Shown here: in pieces, positions 24,148-39,900 of the stretch
Position numbering within the stretch: the first letter of the stretch is position 1
Layout: the number at the start of each line of letters is the position of its first letter
From: Paragordius varius
Taxonomy: Eukaryota; Animalia; Nematomorpha
DNA: 64,000 bases
Assembly: GCA_964247055.1 (NCBI GenBank)
Contig: OZ176059.1
Coordinates: forward strand, 2,790,001 to 2,854,000
Direction: 5' to 3'
Made by a program: the position numbers and the translations under genes
The notes under the pieces: generated by a model
Told to the model about the DNA's origin: nothing
Seen by the model: the letters and a program-made list of their open reading frames with translations, nothing else
Databases searched by the model: none

Positions 24148-24279
24148 TTAATAGGTATTAATGTTTTTTAATTATTAGAATTAATTAGTTTTATATTTCA
24201 ATTGTTAAAGATGGCTCTCTATCTTTTATCGTACTCTCGATAGTAAATTTTATTATCGATTATTATTATTAACCATATT

Positions 24280-27525
<3,246 letters not shown>

Positions 27526-29479
27526 TGACGGCATCTTTCTACCAATAAATTGTATTTACGATAAAATCACACACACACATACACACTCATAAACTTAGTT
27601 TAGTGTTATTACGTATATATAACTTAGCTAGGAATTATTTATTAATTTTTACAATACATAACTTGAAAGATATAATTTGTAATATATATATTTACCAAAC
27701 ATAAACTCAGAGACAGTTAGCCAGCCTGTGTGACAAAATGGCAAATTAGCATCTGTGGTTTAATCGCTATGCATTAGTTTGTAGCGGCATATGTAGGAGG
27801 AATTCACTAAACGAAATCAAAATTTGACAAGACAATTACAATGGCATATTTCTTCAATATAGATACGGTAGGAAAAAACAGGTGTTTTGTTGTAAATGTA
27901 AATTGGGTACCGATTGTTATATTTTCATTATCCCTATAATTGTTAATCATTTATTTACATATTTTTGTTGATAAAATCATATAATTCATAAATAAATACA
28001 CAATATGGTCAATATATTTTTATCGGGATTATATTTACTATTTATGTGTGGGATCCAGGTACGCATTCAATAAGTATTGCCAAAAGTTACCTATCAATCG
28101 CAATCCACACCTGGTCTCGGAAACTCACACTTTTCACATAGGTGTATTCTTTTTAAAACTGTAATTTATCTTTTTTCCTACATCTAACCTAATTTTTTGG
28201 ATTTTGTTGGGCATTACATATTTAACTGTTGGTGTGAATTTTTGACATTAAGCTTATATTCAAATAATAGTGTTAGGTTAGGTACCTGAGTTTAAAAATA
28301 TTTTTATTTTTTTTATTGTTTTAATTATTATATATCCATATTATTTACATGTTTCATCTCTTTGCATTCACCTGTCATGGGTAATTGCGTGAAGGATGAT
28401 TGGATGAGTCTTGATGGCTCGGATATTGTTTTCAAATACTTCCTTTGCTATTCACCAAAGGTTTTCTTTAGTGCATATTATATCTATAGTATATATCAAA
28501 ATAAATTTTTACACATATATATTTTTAATTATATAGCATCTAAAATCTTAAATTTGAAAAATTTGTGGACAAAAAAATTTGCAGCGAAAATATTTTTTTG
28601 GGGGGCTGTCTAATTTTTTAAAAAATTATCAAATTATTTGTAGGGATATTTACCATAGAAGATACATCGCTCTTGCGTATAAGCCATTGCTCTTAAAAAG
28701 TGTGATAATAAAATAATTCGCTTTATCTTAAAACCTCAAAAAATTTCTTTAATGAAAACAATTTGTGTAAAGCAATAGTTATTAGTTCAGAAAGCGGTGT
28801 GTTTCTAATTTGATTATTGATTGTATATCGAGATTAATAATTTTAAATTAATTTTTAAAAAACTACTCTTAAAAATCTTTTTTACATTTTCAAAATTTTT
28901 ATTTGAGGCAATATTATTGGAAGTTATTATGTTAAATTTATTATAAGGCATTGTAAAAATAAGTTAAATTATAAAATAGGCATAAAATCAGGATGATTAT
29001 TAAACAAAACCAATCCACAAAATCAGAAATTTTAAATTATCCTGAATAAAATACATGGTAATTTTGCGGCTAATCACACTCTACTTTATATAGAAGGTAG
29101 ACTTAATCATTTTTATTGGTTTAAGGTAAAGGCTTCAAACTAAATTATTTCGACAGAATTAAAAAACAGAAAAATAATAAACATACTTAACTCTTTGTAG
29201 TAAATTTAAAGCCATAAACGGTAAACCAAGATATCATAAAAAACTTTTTATTCATACGATGATGCCAAACATTTATATCACTGTCAACATAAAGGTAATT
29301 TATTGGCACACAAATATCTTCTGAAGCATCGATTATAGAAAAATTATATTTATAGTTTTTTGTGTCTTTAGTTTAAACCATCATTCAAAATACAATATAC
29401 CTTGCAACAAAATTTCATAAGGTTAATTTTAAAATAAATGCATTTTTCAAAAATTATTTATTTGTTAATAATTCTAGCA

Positions 29480-30135
29480 CAGTGGTTTCTAACCTTTTTT
29501 TGTTCACGCCCCACAAAATTGAACAAAAAATTCTTGCGGCCTCTCATAAAAAACGATTAAAATGTTAAATTTATATATTATAAAAATCATGCTTCTATCC
29601 TAATATATATATAAATAAGCTAAGTTTTGAAAAAAAATTCCATATCAAACTACTTCAACACAAATTTTATATCACAATATTTTTGCAAAATATCGTGTTT
29701 ATTTAATTATAGCGAATTAATTTTAAATAACATCTAACATTGATGTGAAGAAAGCAAATGGTTTGGTTTGCATTATTTTTTGTATATTTACTTTGATGTT
29801 TATCCATAAAATAAATAATATCAAATTTTTATAAATGAATCATTTTTTATTTTTCAGTACATTAATATCATATAAGTGCAAACTTTTGCAATGTTTGATT
29901 CATATTTTTAGGAATATTTGATTTTAAACATGCTTGAAGTCCTTAAAAACTCCAATTTGAATCGTAAGAATAAAATGAATGTGTTCTATTAAGTAATCGA
30001 ACCAGGGCTGATAATTTAAATAATATAAAAACACCAATTACCAAATTATTATAAACATTATGCTTAAAAATTTAAGGTCGTTTCACCAAATTTATCGCGC
30101 CCCCCAGATATTACCACGCTCCATTTTGACCGCTG
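29480..30135. mobile_element. hAT (Charlie-type) non-autonomous element with a degenerate piggyBac-like MITE nested inside
   Basis: Ends CAGTGGTTTCTAACC... and ...TTTTGACCGCTG; 8-bp TSD TTCTAGCA / TTCTATCA; internal 29585-29995 matches the TTAA MITE family in reverse. Confidence 0.6.
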
Positions 30136-30272
30136 TTCTATCATATTCAAAAATTAATCTGTGTTTTTTACATTCGTTTTGAGAAAACTAACCATTTTAG
30201 CGAAAGCCAATACATAACCCAAATCAAAAATTGAAATTAAGGTATAATAACAAAATAATTTGCTATAATATA

Positions 30273-30796
30273 CCATTTGCACTTCAAGAGTGTCCTTGAA
30301 CACTTTAAGTAGGTTTATAAAAATGTTTTAATTTTGATTTAACCATAATTTTTGCATCTATTTTTTTATTTTATTATTTTTTAACTTAATTTTCTCTATT
30401 TATTGTATATTTATTAGTTTAAAAATAAAAATTTTTGTTCAAAAACCAGTTAACAAAATTATTGACTTAAATGTTTTCAATGAAAAATTGTTAATAATAA
30501 CCCAGAAAACTATTTTTTAATTGCGTGTTAAAATCTTATAAATATTCAAAATAATTTTAAGAAATTAATAAAGATATACGGTTGCTCAATGATTAAAAGT
30601 TCATATCGATTTAAATTTATGTTAAATAATAGAAAATAGGTTAAAAATGATAAAATAGATAAATGATATACGAATTGATTGATAAAAGTTAAAAGCTAAA
30701 CAAAAATGTCAAAGGACCAACTTGAAGTGTTCAAGGACCGACTTAAAATATTCAAGGATCAACTTGGAGTCAATAAGGACACTCTTTAAGTAATGG
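30273..30796. mobile_element. TA-flanked MITE with CCATT termini and 21-bp subterminal repeats, related to the CCATTTAC family
   Basis: TA-CCATTTGCACTTCAAGAGTGTCCTT ... AAGGACACTCTTTAAGTAATGG-TA; three about 21-bp repeats at 30710-30775. Confidence 0.65.
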
Positions 30797-32482
30797 TATA
30801 CTTAGGTCACCAGAACAAATTCTTAGATAAAAAACATTTATGGTGGCACCAAAATCCTACATATACACAATCAATACATATACTCTGTGTAATCATAAGA
30901 TTGGGTTTTTTGTGAAATTAACATTAACTTCTAGACCAGTAATAATCAACTCGCGGCCTTAAAGGTGCTTTTTTATGCCCCTAAATTATTATTTATTTGG
31001 TGTATTTGAGTATAAATATCTGCTTATGTGTCAAACATCGATGAAATTTTTATTTGTTATATGTTATGCACGCCCCTTGAGATAAGAAAAATATTGCGGC
31101 CTTTTAAATATTTTGGTGAGTACCATGGTTCTAGCATTCCCATTGTAAAAAAGGAATGCCATGTCAGAAAAACTGATTGTATTTTTAGGCAAAATCATTC
31201 GTCAAGCCATTCTTTAACCTGTAATTATTGAGAGGCTGCTTTGCGCGCTGTTTGCTTATCGAAGAGATGTTAAAGTTTATTCCGCTGATTTTGCTGTGTG
31301 AGCCGAAACAGTGACATGTAGCGATATCCTTTTGCCTTAAGTTATAGCCTGTTTATTTTTGAAACCAGATTTCACATGGTTCACTCAGTGGAACATGCCG
31401 ACCATATGGTTCAACCAAAAAACGATTCGTTTTTTTTGATGGAATTAAAGACGCAATGCTTGCCACATATGTTCAGACACAAGTTTGATATCACAGAATG
31501 ATTAAAAACACTACCTTTTGGCGGATCCAAATTGTGTATTTGTCGTTTTATATTAGATGAGCAAAATAAGTTATGTGCCAAATTAAGAGTTATTTTTCTG
31601 ACATTTTATCTTTGTTTTCTGGTAATGATTTATCTGATATATTTTATTAAAATATTTATAGTAATCGAATTATTCACAAATATAAATCAGACAGTTTTTA
31701 AAGGGTTTACGGTCAGCGTCGTTGAGGTAACCGGTTAATGGGCTCATTCATCATATTGAATATATTTATTTATTTTGGCAACCATATATTAACTGCATTT
31801 TTTAACAAACATTTGTCGTTATAACGTGATATGTATAAATATCCCCTATGTAAAATTTTTAGCTTTTAACTCTCTTACAATAACTATTGTGTTTACCAAC
31901 AAAATCCTATTGTTACCTTCCCATGGCGTCTTGTAACCTTTGGTAAACAAACAGCAGATGCCAGTTTTAAATATTTCGCTAAAACATTTATTTAGCGAGG
32001 AGATATTTCACAAGGACATATGTGGAGTTAAATTTAACCTCAAACTTATATATTTAAAAAATCACCTTTTAATAAAGTCCAGACGAGATTTATGAGGGAC
32101 ACTTTATAACAAATAGTGGCGTGCTGTCTGGAATTATTGTTAATTGACCAGTTTATTTTTTTTATATCAAGAATAGTTATTCTCTCTTTTGAATTGGAGT
32201 GTTTTTTCATAAAAATAAATACAATCAAGCCTCTATTTATGTTGTACGACCGAAAAAAATTGAAAAAATCATAATTGTAAATTCGCTTTCTTCAACTATT
32301 ATTAGTTCCTTGAAACACACGAAATTTTGGCAACGCCATCTTTTATTAAATACATATATTTTTTGGAGATTAAATTTGCTAACCCACCATAGGAATTAGA
32401 TGTAATAGTACTTCTTATCAAGCAATAGGTGGCTTTATGAAACCCAATAATTAAACTGCAATATATACCACGTGTAATTGTA

Positions 32483-32522
32483 TGTTAGACGCGTTTCGTC
32501 TTTTTTGGGCTTATCAGTCACA
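32483..32522 (-). ncRNA. Degenerate minimal hammerhead ribozyme relic
   Basis: Minus strand UGUGA CUGAUAA GCCCAAAAAAGAC GAAA CGCG UC UAACA; palindromic stem III ACGCGU, but G8->A and a broken stem II. Confidence 0.5.
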
Positions 32523-32759
32523 CATAATAAACACGGTTAAAAACTGTCAGTTAGGGTTTTGTATGTATACTCACCATTTTTAAACCAAATATAGATGGTA
32601 TAGGTGAAAACAGACAGCCTCTCCAAATATTTTGATATCTTTAGTTGGCACTGCAAAGAGAGCAAAAAATAACGCCATTATTTTCGGACATAACCCTAAC
32701 ATCTACAATTTCTAAGCCAAATTTTGTCCCTATCAAACTCTAAAAATTACCAATATATA

Positions 32760-33005
32760 TAGTTATCCGTGAATACAGTTTGCGCTGGGCTGGCCACATC
32801 CACAGAGCTTAAGATACAAACTGGATAAAGCTTATACAGTCATATTCAACTAATAGTAAAAATAAAAAAGGTCTTATAAAACCTGGCAATCTACTATTCA
32901 AGAAGACTTAGATTTGCTCAATAACAATATCGAACAAGCAGTAGACAGAAAGGAATGGAAATCTATAACACGCTTACCTCATTTGAAAGGGGAAAATAGC
33001 GTTTA
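32760..33005 (+). pseudogene. Degraded 3' fragment of an RTE-clade LINE ORF
   Basis: IREYSLRWAGHIHRA*DTNWIKLIQ then shifted RSYKTWQSTIQEDL...QAVDRKEWKSI, a typical RTE C-terminus. Confidence 0.7.
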
Positions 33006-33455
33006 ACGGTAAATATAAAAAAACGTGTAATGTGCGAATAAAAGCGCGTAAAATATTTCCCATATAAACTTTAGGGAGGCTTAAGAATTTACTACCAAAA
33101 AAATGTTTAAATTAGGAATTCAAATATTTATATGAATCCCTAAGAGTTTGCAATTTCTAAGGCCATAATCTTTGATAAACAATTGTTTTATTGATATGGT
33201 GAATGGACTTAAGTGCTTTATATTTTACACATATAATGATCTAATAGATATTAATTTATTAAATTAACATAATAGTGATTGGATATAAAATGATCAAGTA
33301 AAAAATTACATATATTAGATATGTAAATGGTTAAATGTTATAATAATTTTGTCTGACGAATAAGACAATAGGTACAAAAAGGATTTTTAAAAAAACTCGA
33401 CACAAAAAATAGTTTGACTGTATATAATTTTTGATTTAAAAAATAACCATATATA

Positions 33456-33710
33456 CCTTTTACAGTTCAAATTCACCCTTGAACAATTCAAATTCGCCCT
33501 AAAATAAATTATGTGTTTTGTAAGATAAAATTACCTTTATTTTATAATATTTTTAAAATATATATTCTGTTTAAAAATGATATAATGCTGAGAGAACAAT
33601 AAGCTATGTCGTAAAAATATATTTCACATTAATGATGAGTTATATTATCCCGAAGCACATAATTTTTTTAGGGTAGATTTGAATTGTTCAAGGGTTAATT
33701 TGAATGATAT
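33456..33710. mobile_element. CCATTTAC-family MITE, degenerate intergenic copy
   Basis: TA-CCTTTTACAGTTCAAATTCACCCTTGAACAATTC... with inverted ...AGGGTAGATTTGAATTGTTCAAGGG. Confidence 0.75.
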
Positions 33711-33989
33711 ATCCTAAGTGTTTTCACTATGTAGAAGAGACTAAATTTTATAATTAAGTTAGTTGAAACCAAACATGAATTTAAAATCAATTCATAATAA
33801 TGATTTATTTTTCATACACATAAAATAATTTATTCACATAAAATAAATTAAAGTTAGAGACGACTAGAAACGATTATTATTGAGCGGATGTATTGATACA
33901 TAAAATAAATTTAGTTAAAGTTTGATTATTGTTGAAAATTAAAAAATTTATATTTCCAATTTTTTTTCGTAATGTGTGTATTAGCAAAA

Positions 33990-36900
33990 TTATTCATGAT
34001 GTTTGAAGCCAGATGCTGCAACCTTATCTACAAACCAAAGTTTTTCTCCACTCTGGGGTTGGACCATTTCAATGGGATATCTTATTTCAGTGTTCGATTC
34101 ATCAGCAATTTTCTAATCAATAATAAATAAAATTATTTCGCGCATAAACTATAGCATTTTAGCTTTAACAACTTAGCGTTATAAAACTATATAATAAAAT
34201 GTAGCTAACAAAGCTCTGTTAGTTTTGAATTTGTTTAATAGTTTTTAAGCGATAATTATAAGAAAAGAAATATTTTTAATATCTAAAATTATAAAAAAAC
34301 CAAGATATCTTGCAGCCAAATATTTTGTTTGGGTGTTATTGGGCAAAACCGGAAGAAAGCATGCAAATAAAAATAATTTTTCATTGATTATTAAATTTAA
34401 ATGAAATTTGAAATCTACGCTTTATTTAAATTGGATAAAATATCCAATAATTCAAGTTAAAAAGTTACAATTAAATATATAAAACCCCTGATAAAAATAT
34501 AGGTTCACTATTTCTTTAAAAGCTTTGAGTAAAAATGTATAACAAATTTAAATGTAATTGGATACAATTAACCGTCGTGTTTTGATAAAAATGGGATGCA
34601 TTAAATATTAATATTAATATCAATTTTTAGATACCGAAAGAACATGGGCTTTCTTATCACCAGCCGTGGTAACTATAATATTTTTTGTGTTGTTTAAAAC
34701 GGGCAATGTCATAGTTATACGTTGAGGTGGCGGTTTAGGTGAGTCTTTAATTATTGTAATAAGCTTCTGAGTTTCCTATCGACATAAACCACAACACAAA
34801 TATATAAATTGAAATTATGAAATTAAAAAATATATACATTTATACTTGGATTCAAATTGGGATAGTTCCCAATCAAATTTAAATTAGGACGGTTTCAATT
34901 TAAACTTATGCTTTTATGTTAAAAAAAAGTTAAAATATTTGATGAAATTTCAGTTTCGAGAAAAAAGCTGTATATCAATCTTCCTCGGATTTTATTCCAA
35001 CTTTTTTGGATCCTAAAGCTAAAATTTGAAAAATTAGAAGAGAATGCATAAAAACTACTAAACATATAAAATTTATTTCAGTTTATGCACTAATTTATAC
35101 TATCTAATACTGCACCCAAGTTTAAGCATAAAAAAGAAATTATAAGTTATTTTGGATAATACTTCTTTTTTTATTTATACTTTAATTTTATACAAGTGCA
35201 AACGTTTGAAAGGAATTATTCATAAATACATAACATAATTTGTAAAATATTCCATTTTATAAGTGTACAAAAATAAACTAGTAATTGTGGATGATTAGGG
35301 AATAAAGAACAAGTGTGACCATCTGGACCGATCCCAAGTAAATTTAAATCGAATTCAGGGACACCGGTTTTGCATTTAAGTTCATTTCTTATGGTCTGTT
35401 CATAGGCGTTGGCGCATTCCTCAACTAATTATTTAATAAAAATATGGAAATTTATTTAAAACGTATCATAGAATAAATAAAATTCGAACGGTTTCGGACA
35501 TTTTAACGTGTGTCCGTCCTCAGCATAAAAAAACAAATAAAAATTATATAAAAATTAGGATGGATAAAATGGTGCTTTATATACAATTTTTAAAAACGTT
35601 TATTGTTGTTTCTTTTCTCGTAACAAATGATAAGTTAAAACCATTTGTCATTGAGAGTGGTTTAAACCATGTCAACAAACAATTAAATTTATAAACATAT
35701 ACTAAAAAAAAAAAAAAACACAAAGAACAACTTTGAGTGGAAAACAAAAGAGTCCATATGGATTCAATCATCAAGAATGACTTTCCATATATCACTCATC
35801 TTTTGTCCCTCCTCTCGGTTAAAGTTGTTTCCTTTGAGAATCTCTAATGATTCCCGCGTAAGCCTTTGATTATTATTGAAAATTGTAATGCAACTGACAT
35901 TGTCAAAGGAAACATTATGATTTTCCTTCCAACAATGTTCCGCAATACAACTCTTAAAATCTCCATTCTTTATGTTATACTTGTGTTCATTCAGGCGTGT
36001 TTTAACTTTCCTTGCGGTTTGGCCGATATATACCCTGCCACACTCGCATGGAACTTTATACACCCCTGGATAATTTAATTTGGATTTATTATTATTTGAT
36101 AAAAAAGTTTTTAATTTAAGACCTGGTTTAAACCCCACACCAATGTCAAATTGCTTTAAAGTGTGAGCTATGCGATCGGTGATGTTCTGTATATATGGTA
36201 ATGAAATAAAAAACTTATAATTTTTTGTGTTTTCTTTGGTATTATTTAGTGATAAAATTGCTCGATGGATATCGTTTGCAGAATATCCATTTTTTAAAAA
36301 GGTTTCCACAAAACGCTCTGTTATAATATTCTTATTTGCATTATCTGTCAGTTTAAGCCGGCGAAAGATTTGATTTTTTAAAACATTCTTTTTTTGTAAC
36401 GAGTTGTGGTAAGAACTTTTATGTAAATAGGTATTGGAATGAGTGGGTTTTTGATAAAAACTGTATGACAATGTTGTGTCATTTCGAGTAATTAAAACAT
36501 CTAAAAATGGTAGTGATCGGTTAGCCTCAAATTCGACGGTTAAACGTATGTTAAAAGGATTCGAATTTATATAATCTAAAAATAAGGAGAGATCAGTTCT
36601 TGTATGTGGCCAAATGATAAACATATCGTCCACATACCGGGTATAAAATTTTGGTTTTAAAAAATAATTTAATATAAATTGATTTTCAAATGTTTCCATA
36701 AAAAGATCAGCTAGAATGGGGGAAATTGGGGAACCCATCGGTAACCCGTCTTTCTGCAAGTAAAAATTATCATTGAATTCAAAAAAATTATTATTTATAC
36801 AAAATTCAATCAGGGAAATATATTTCGCATCCACCTTTAAATCTTTAAGAAGATGGGTTAACTCCTTGAGGGGTACACTGGTAAAGAGGCTTTCCACATC

Positions 36901-39900
36901 TAAACTTATTAATAAATCGGTTTCAGCTACTTGTATATCCCTTATTCTATCTATAAATTCAAACGAATTTTTTAATTTGTTTTTTAAGAAGGGTTGCAAA
37001 TATTCTGATAAATGCTGTGCCAAACCATATAAAGATGAATTTTTGGTGTATACAATTGGACGCAGTGGAACATCCGTTTTATGCGTTTTTGGGACACCAT
37101 ACATACTGAGATTAATAGGGCACTGAGGAATTAACGAATTGTGTAAATGTGAGGGAATGGGAGATGATTTTATCATTTTTTTAACATTTATGTGTAATGT
37201 GTTAAAAGGGCATCGTGTGATCTTTTTATATTTGGATGTATCTTCTAAAATATGTTGCATTTTTTGATTATAGTCTAACAAGTTCATTATAACTACTTGG
37301 TTTCCTTTGTCAGAGTTTGAAATAAAAATATCATTATTATTTTTCAACTCTTTTAATGCTATATATTGTTCACGTGATATGTTTGATCGCCTTCTTTCAT
37401 CTTTGTTGTTCTTAAGGATAGATACGACTTGCATTCTGATGATGTCAGCTATTTTTGGATCTATACGAGAGAGACCTGCTTCAACGTTTGAAATAATTTG
37501 TTCTACTGGCACAACTGAGGGAGAAATAGCAAATTTTAGGCCTTTATTTAAAATTGAGCTCATATGGTCATTAAGCACCATGTTTGACATGTTTACGATC
37601 AGGTTTTCGTTGTTATTATTAACTTTGTTTGTCACTTGATTTGTTTTTATTGATTCATGTAAATTATTTTTATTGATGGGGTTTTTTTCTTTATTGTTAT
37701 TTCCTTCAATGTAGTATTTTGAGCAGGTAGGTTGGTCATCTATAGAAAGGTGTTTAAACTGTTCGTGAAGTGTTTTAGACATCAATACGTCTGTTTCTTT
37801 TTTATCTAAATGAGTAGGTTCCAATTTTATGTCATTATTATACGACTTTTGGTTGTTTTTAATTTTGTTAACATTTAGGGTATCTAACCGTTTTTTAACA
37901 TTAGCTATTAATCTCTCTTCATTTCTAACTTTATTGTTTCTTTCTTTTTCAAAAAGGTTGTTAAATTTTTTAATATGTATAGCTTTATATTTGTTAAAAA
38001 TGTTTTCACTTTTAAAAAACGAAAACGTGTCTAGTTTAATCCAAGATTCGCTTGAAAGATTATTTGATAAAAATATGTGTAATTTGAGTAACTCACTAGA
38101 AGTCTTATTCAGAATATAATATTTTTCTTGAATGTATTTACGTAATATCACTGATTCGCATGCTCGAATTTTTTGTATGTACCAATGATAATGAAATTTG
38201 TGTTTTATTTTTAAAAAATTCGGAATTAATTTAGCGTGGTAACATCTTTTTAAAAAAATTAAATCATTTAAAAGATGAGATCTTTTTGTTCGTAATTTAA
38301 TAAATTCATTACGAAGAGATTTGAATTGAAGATCATAAACCATATTGGTATATAAATTGAAGAATATAAATTATTTTCGACACGTGAATAGTATAAAAAT
38401 ATGGAAATTTATTTAAAACGTATCATAGAATAAATAAAATTCGAACGGTTTCGGACATTTTAACGTGTGTCCGTCCTCAGCATAAAAAAACAAATAAAAA
38501 TTATATAAAAATTAGGATGGATAAAATGGTGCTTTATATACAATTTTTAAAAACGTTTGTTGTTGTTTCTTTTCTCGTAACAAATGATAAGTTAAAACCA
38601 TTTGTCATTGAGAGTGGTTTAAACCATGTCAACAAACAATTAAATTTATAAACATATACTAAAAAAAAAAAAAAACACAAAGAACAACTTTGAGTGGAAA
38701 ACAAAAGAGTCCATATGGATTCAATCATCAAGAATGACTTTCCATATATCACTCATCTTTTGTCCCTCCTCTCGGTTAAAGTTGTTTCCTTTGAGAATCT
38801 CTAATGATTCCCGCGTAAGCCTTTGATTATTATTGAAAATTGTAATGCAACTGACATTGTCAAAGGAAACATTATGATTTTCCTTCCAACAATGTTCCGC
38901 AATACAACTCTTAAAATCTCCATTCTTTATGTTATACTTGTGTTCAGTTAATTCCTCAGTGCCCTATTAATCTCAGTATGTATGGTGTCCCAAAAACGCA
39001 TAAAACGGATGTTCCACTGCGTCCAATTGTATACACCAAAAATTCATCTTTATATGGTTTGGCACAGCATTTATCAGAATATTTGCAACCCTTCTTAAAA
39101 AACAAATTAAAAAATTCGTTTGAATTTATAGATAGAATAAGGGATATACAAGTAGCTGAAACCGATTTATTAATAAGTTTAGATGTGGAAAGCCTCTTTA
39201 CCAGTGTACCCCTCAAGGAGTTAACCCATCTTCTTAAAGATTTAAAGGTGGATGCGAAATATATTTCCCTGATTGAATTTTGTATAAATAATAATTTTTT
39301 TGAATTCAATGATAATTTTTACTTGCAGAAAGACGGGTTACCGATGGGTTCCCCAATTTCCCCCATTCTAGCTGATCTTTTTATGGAAACATTTGAAAAT
39401 CAATTTATATTAAATTATTTTTTAAAACCAAAATTTTATACCCGGTATGTGGACGATATGTTTATCATTTGGCCACATACAAGAACTGATCTCTCCTTAT
39501 TTTTAGATTATATAAATTCGAATCCTTTTAACATACGTTTAACCGTCGAATTTGAGGCTAACCGATCACTACCATTTTTAGATGTTTTAATTACTCGAAA
39601 TGACACAACATTGTCATACAGTTTTTATCAAAAACCCACTCATTCCAATACCTATTTACATAAAAGTTCTTACCACAACTCGTTACAAAAAAAGAATGTT
39701 TTAAAAAATCAAATCTTTCGCCGGCTTAAACTGACAGATAATGCAAATAAGAATATTATAACAGAGCGTTTTGTGGAAACCTTTTTAAAAAATGGATATT
39801 CTGCAAACGATATCCATCGAGCAATTTTATCACTAAATAATACCAAAGAAAACACAAAAAATTATAAGTTTTTTATTTCATTACCATATATACAGAACAT

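Noticed and set aside
27720-27890. Possible decayed TE protease fragment (CGLIAMH*FVAAY...KFDKT)
   Set aside because: Short, interrupted and too weak to call
31020-32400. Coding-like relic with PHMFRH (tyrosine-recombinase-like) and CxxICGK/YNLR (hAT-like) words
   Set aside because: Motifs fall in different frames and strands with wrong spacing and many stops; cannot be assigned without a translated search
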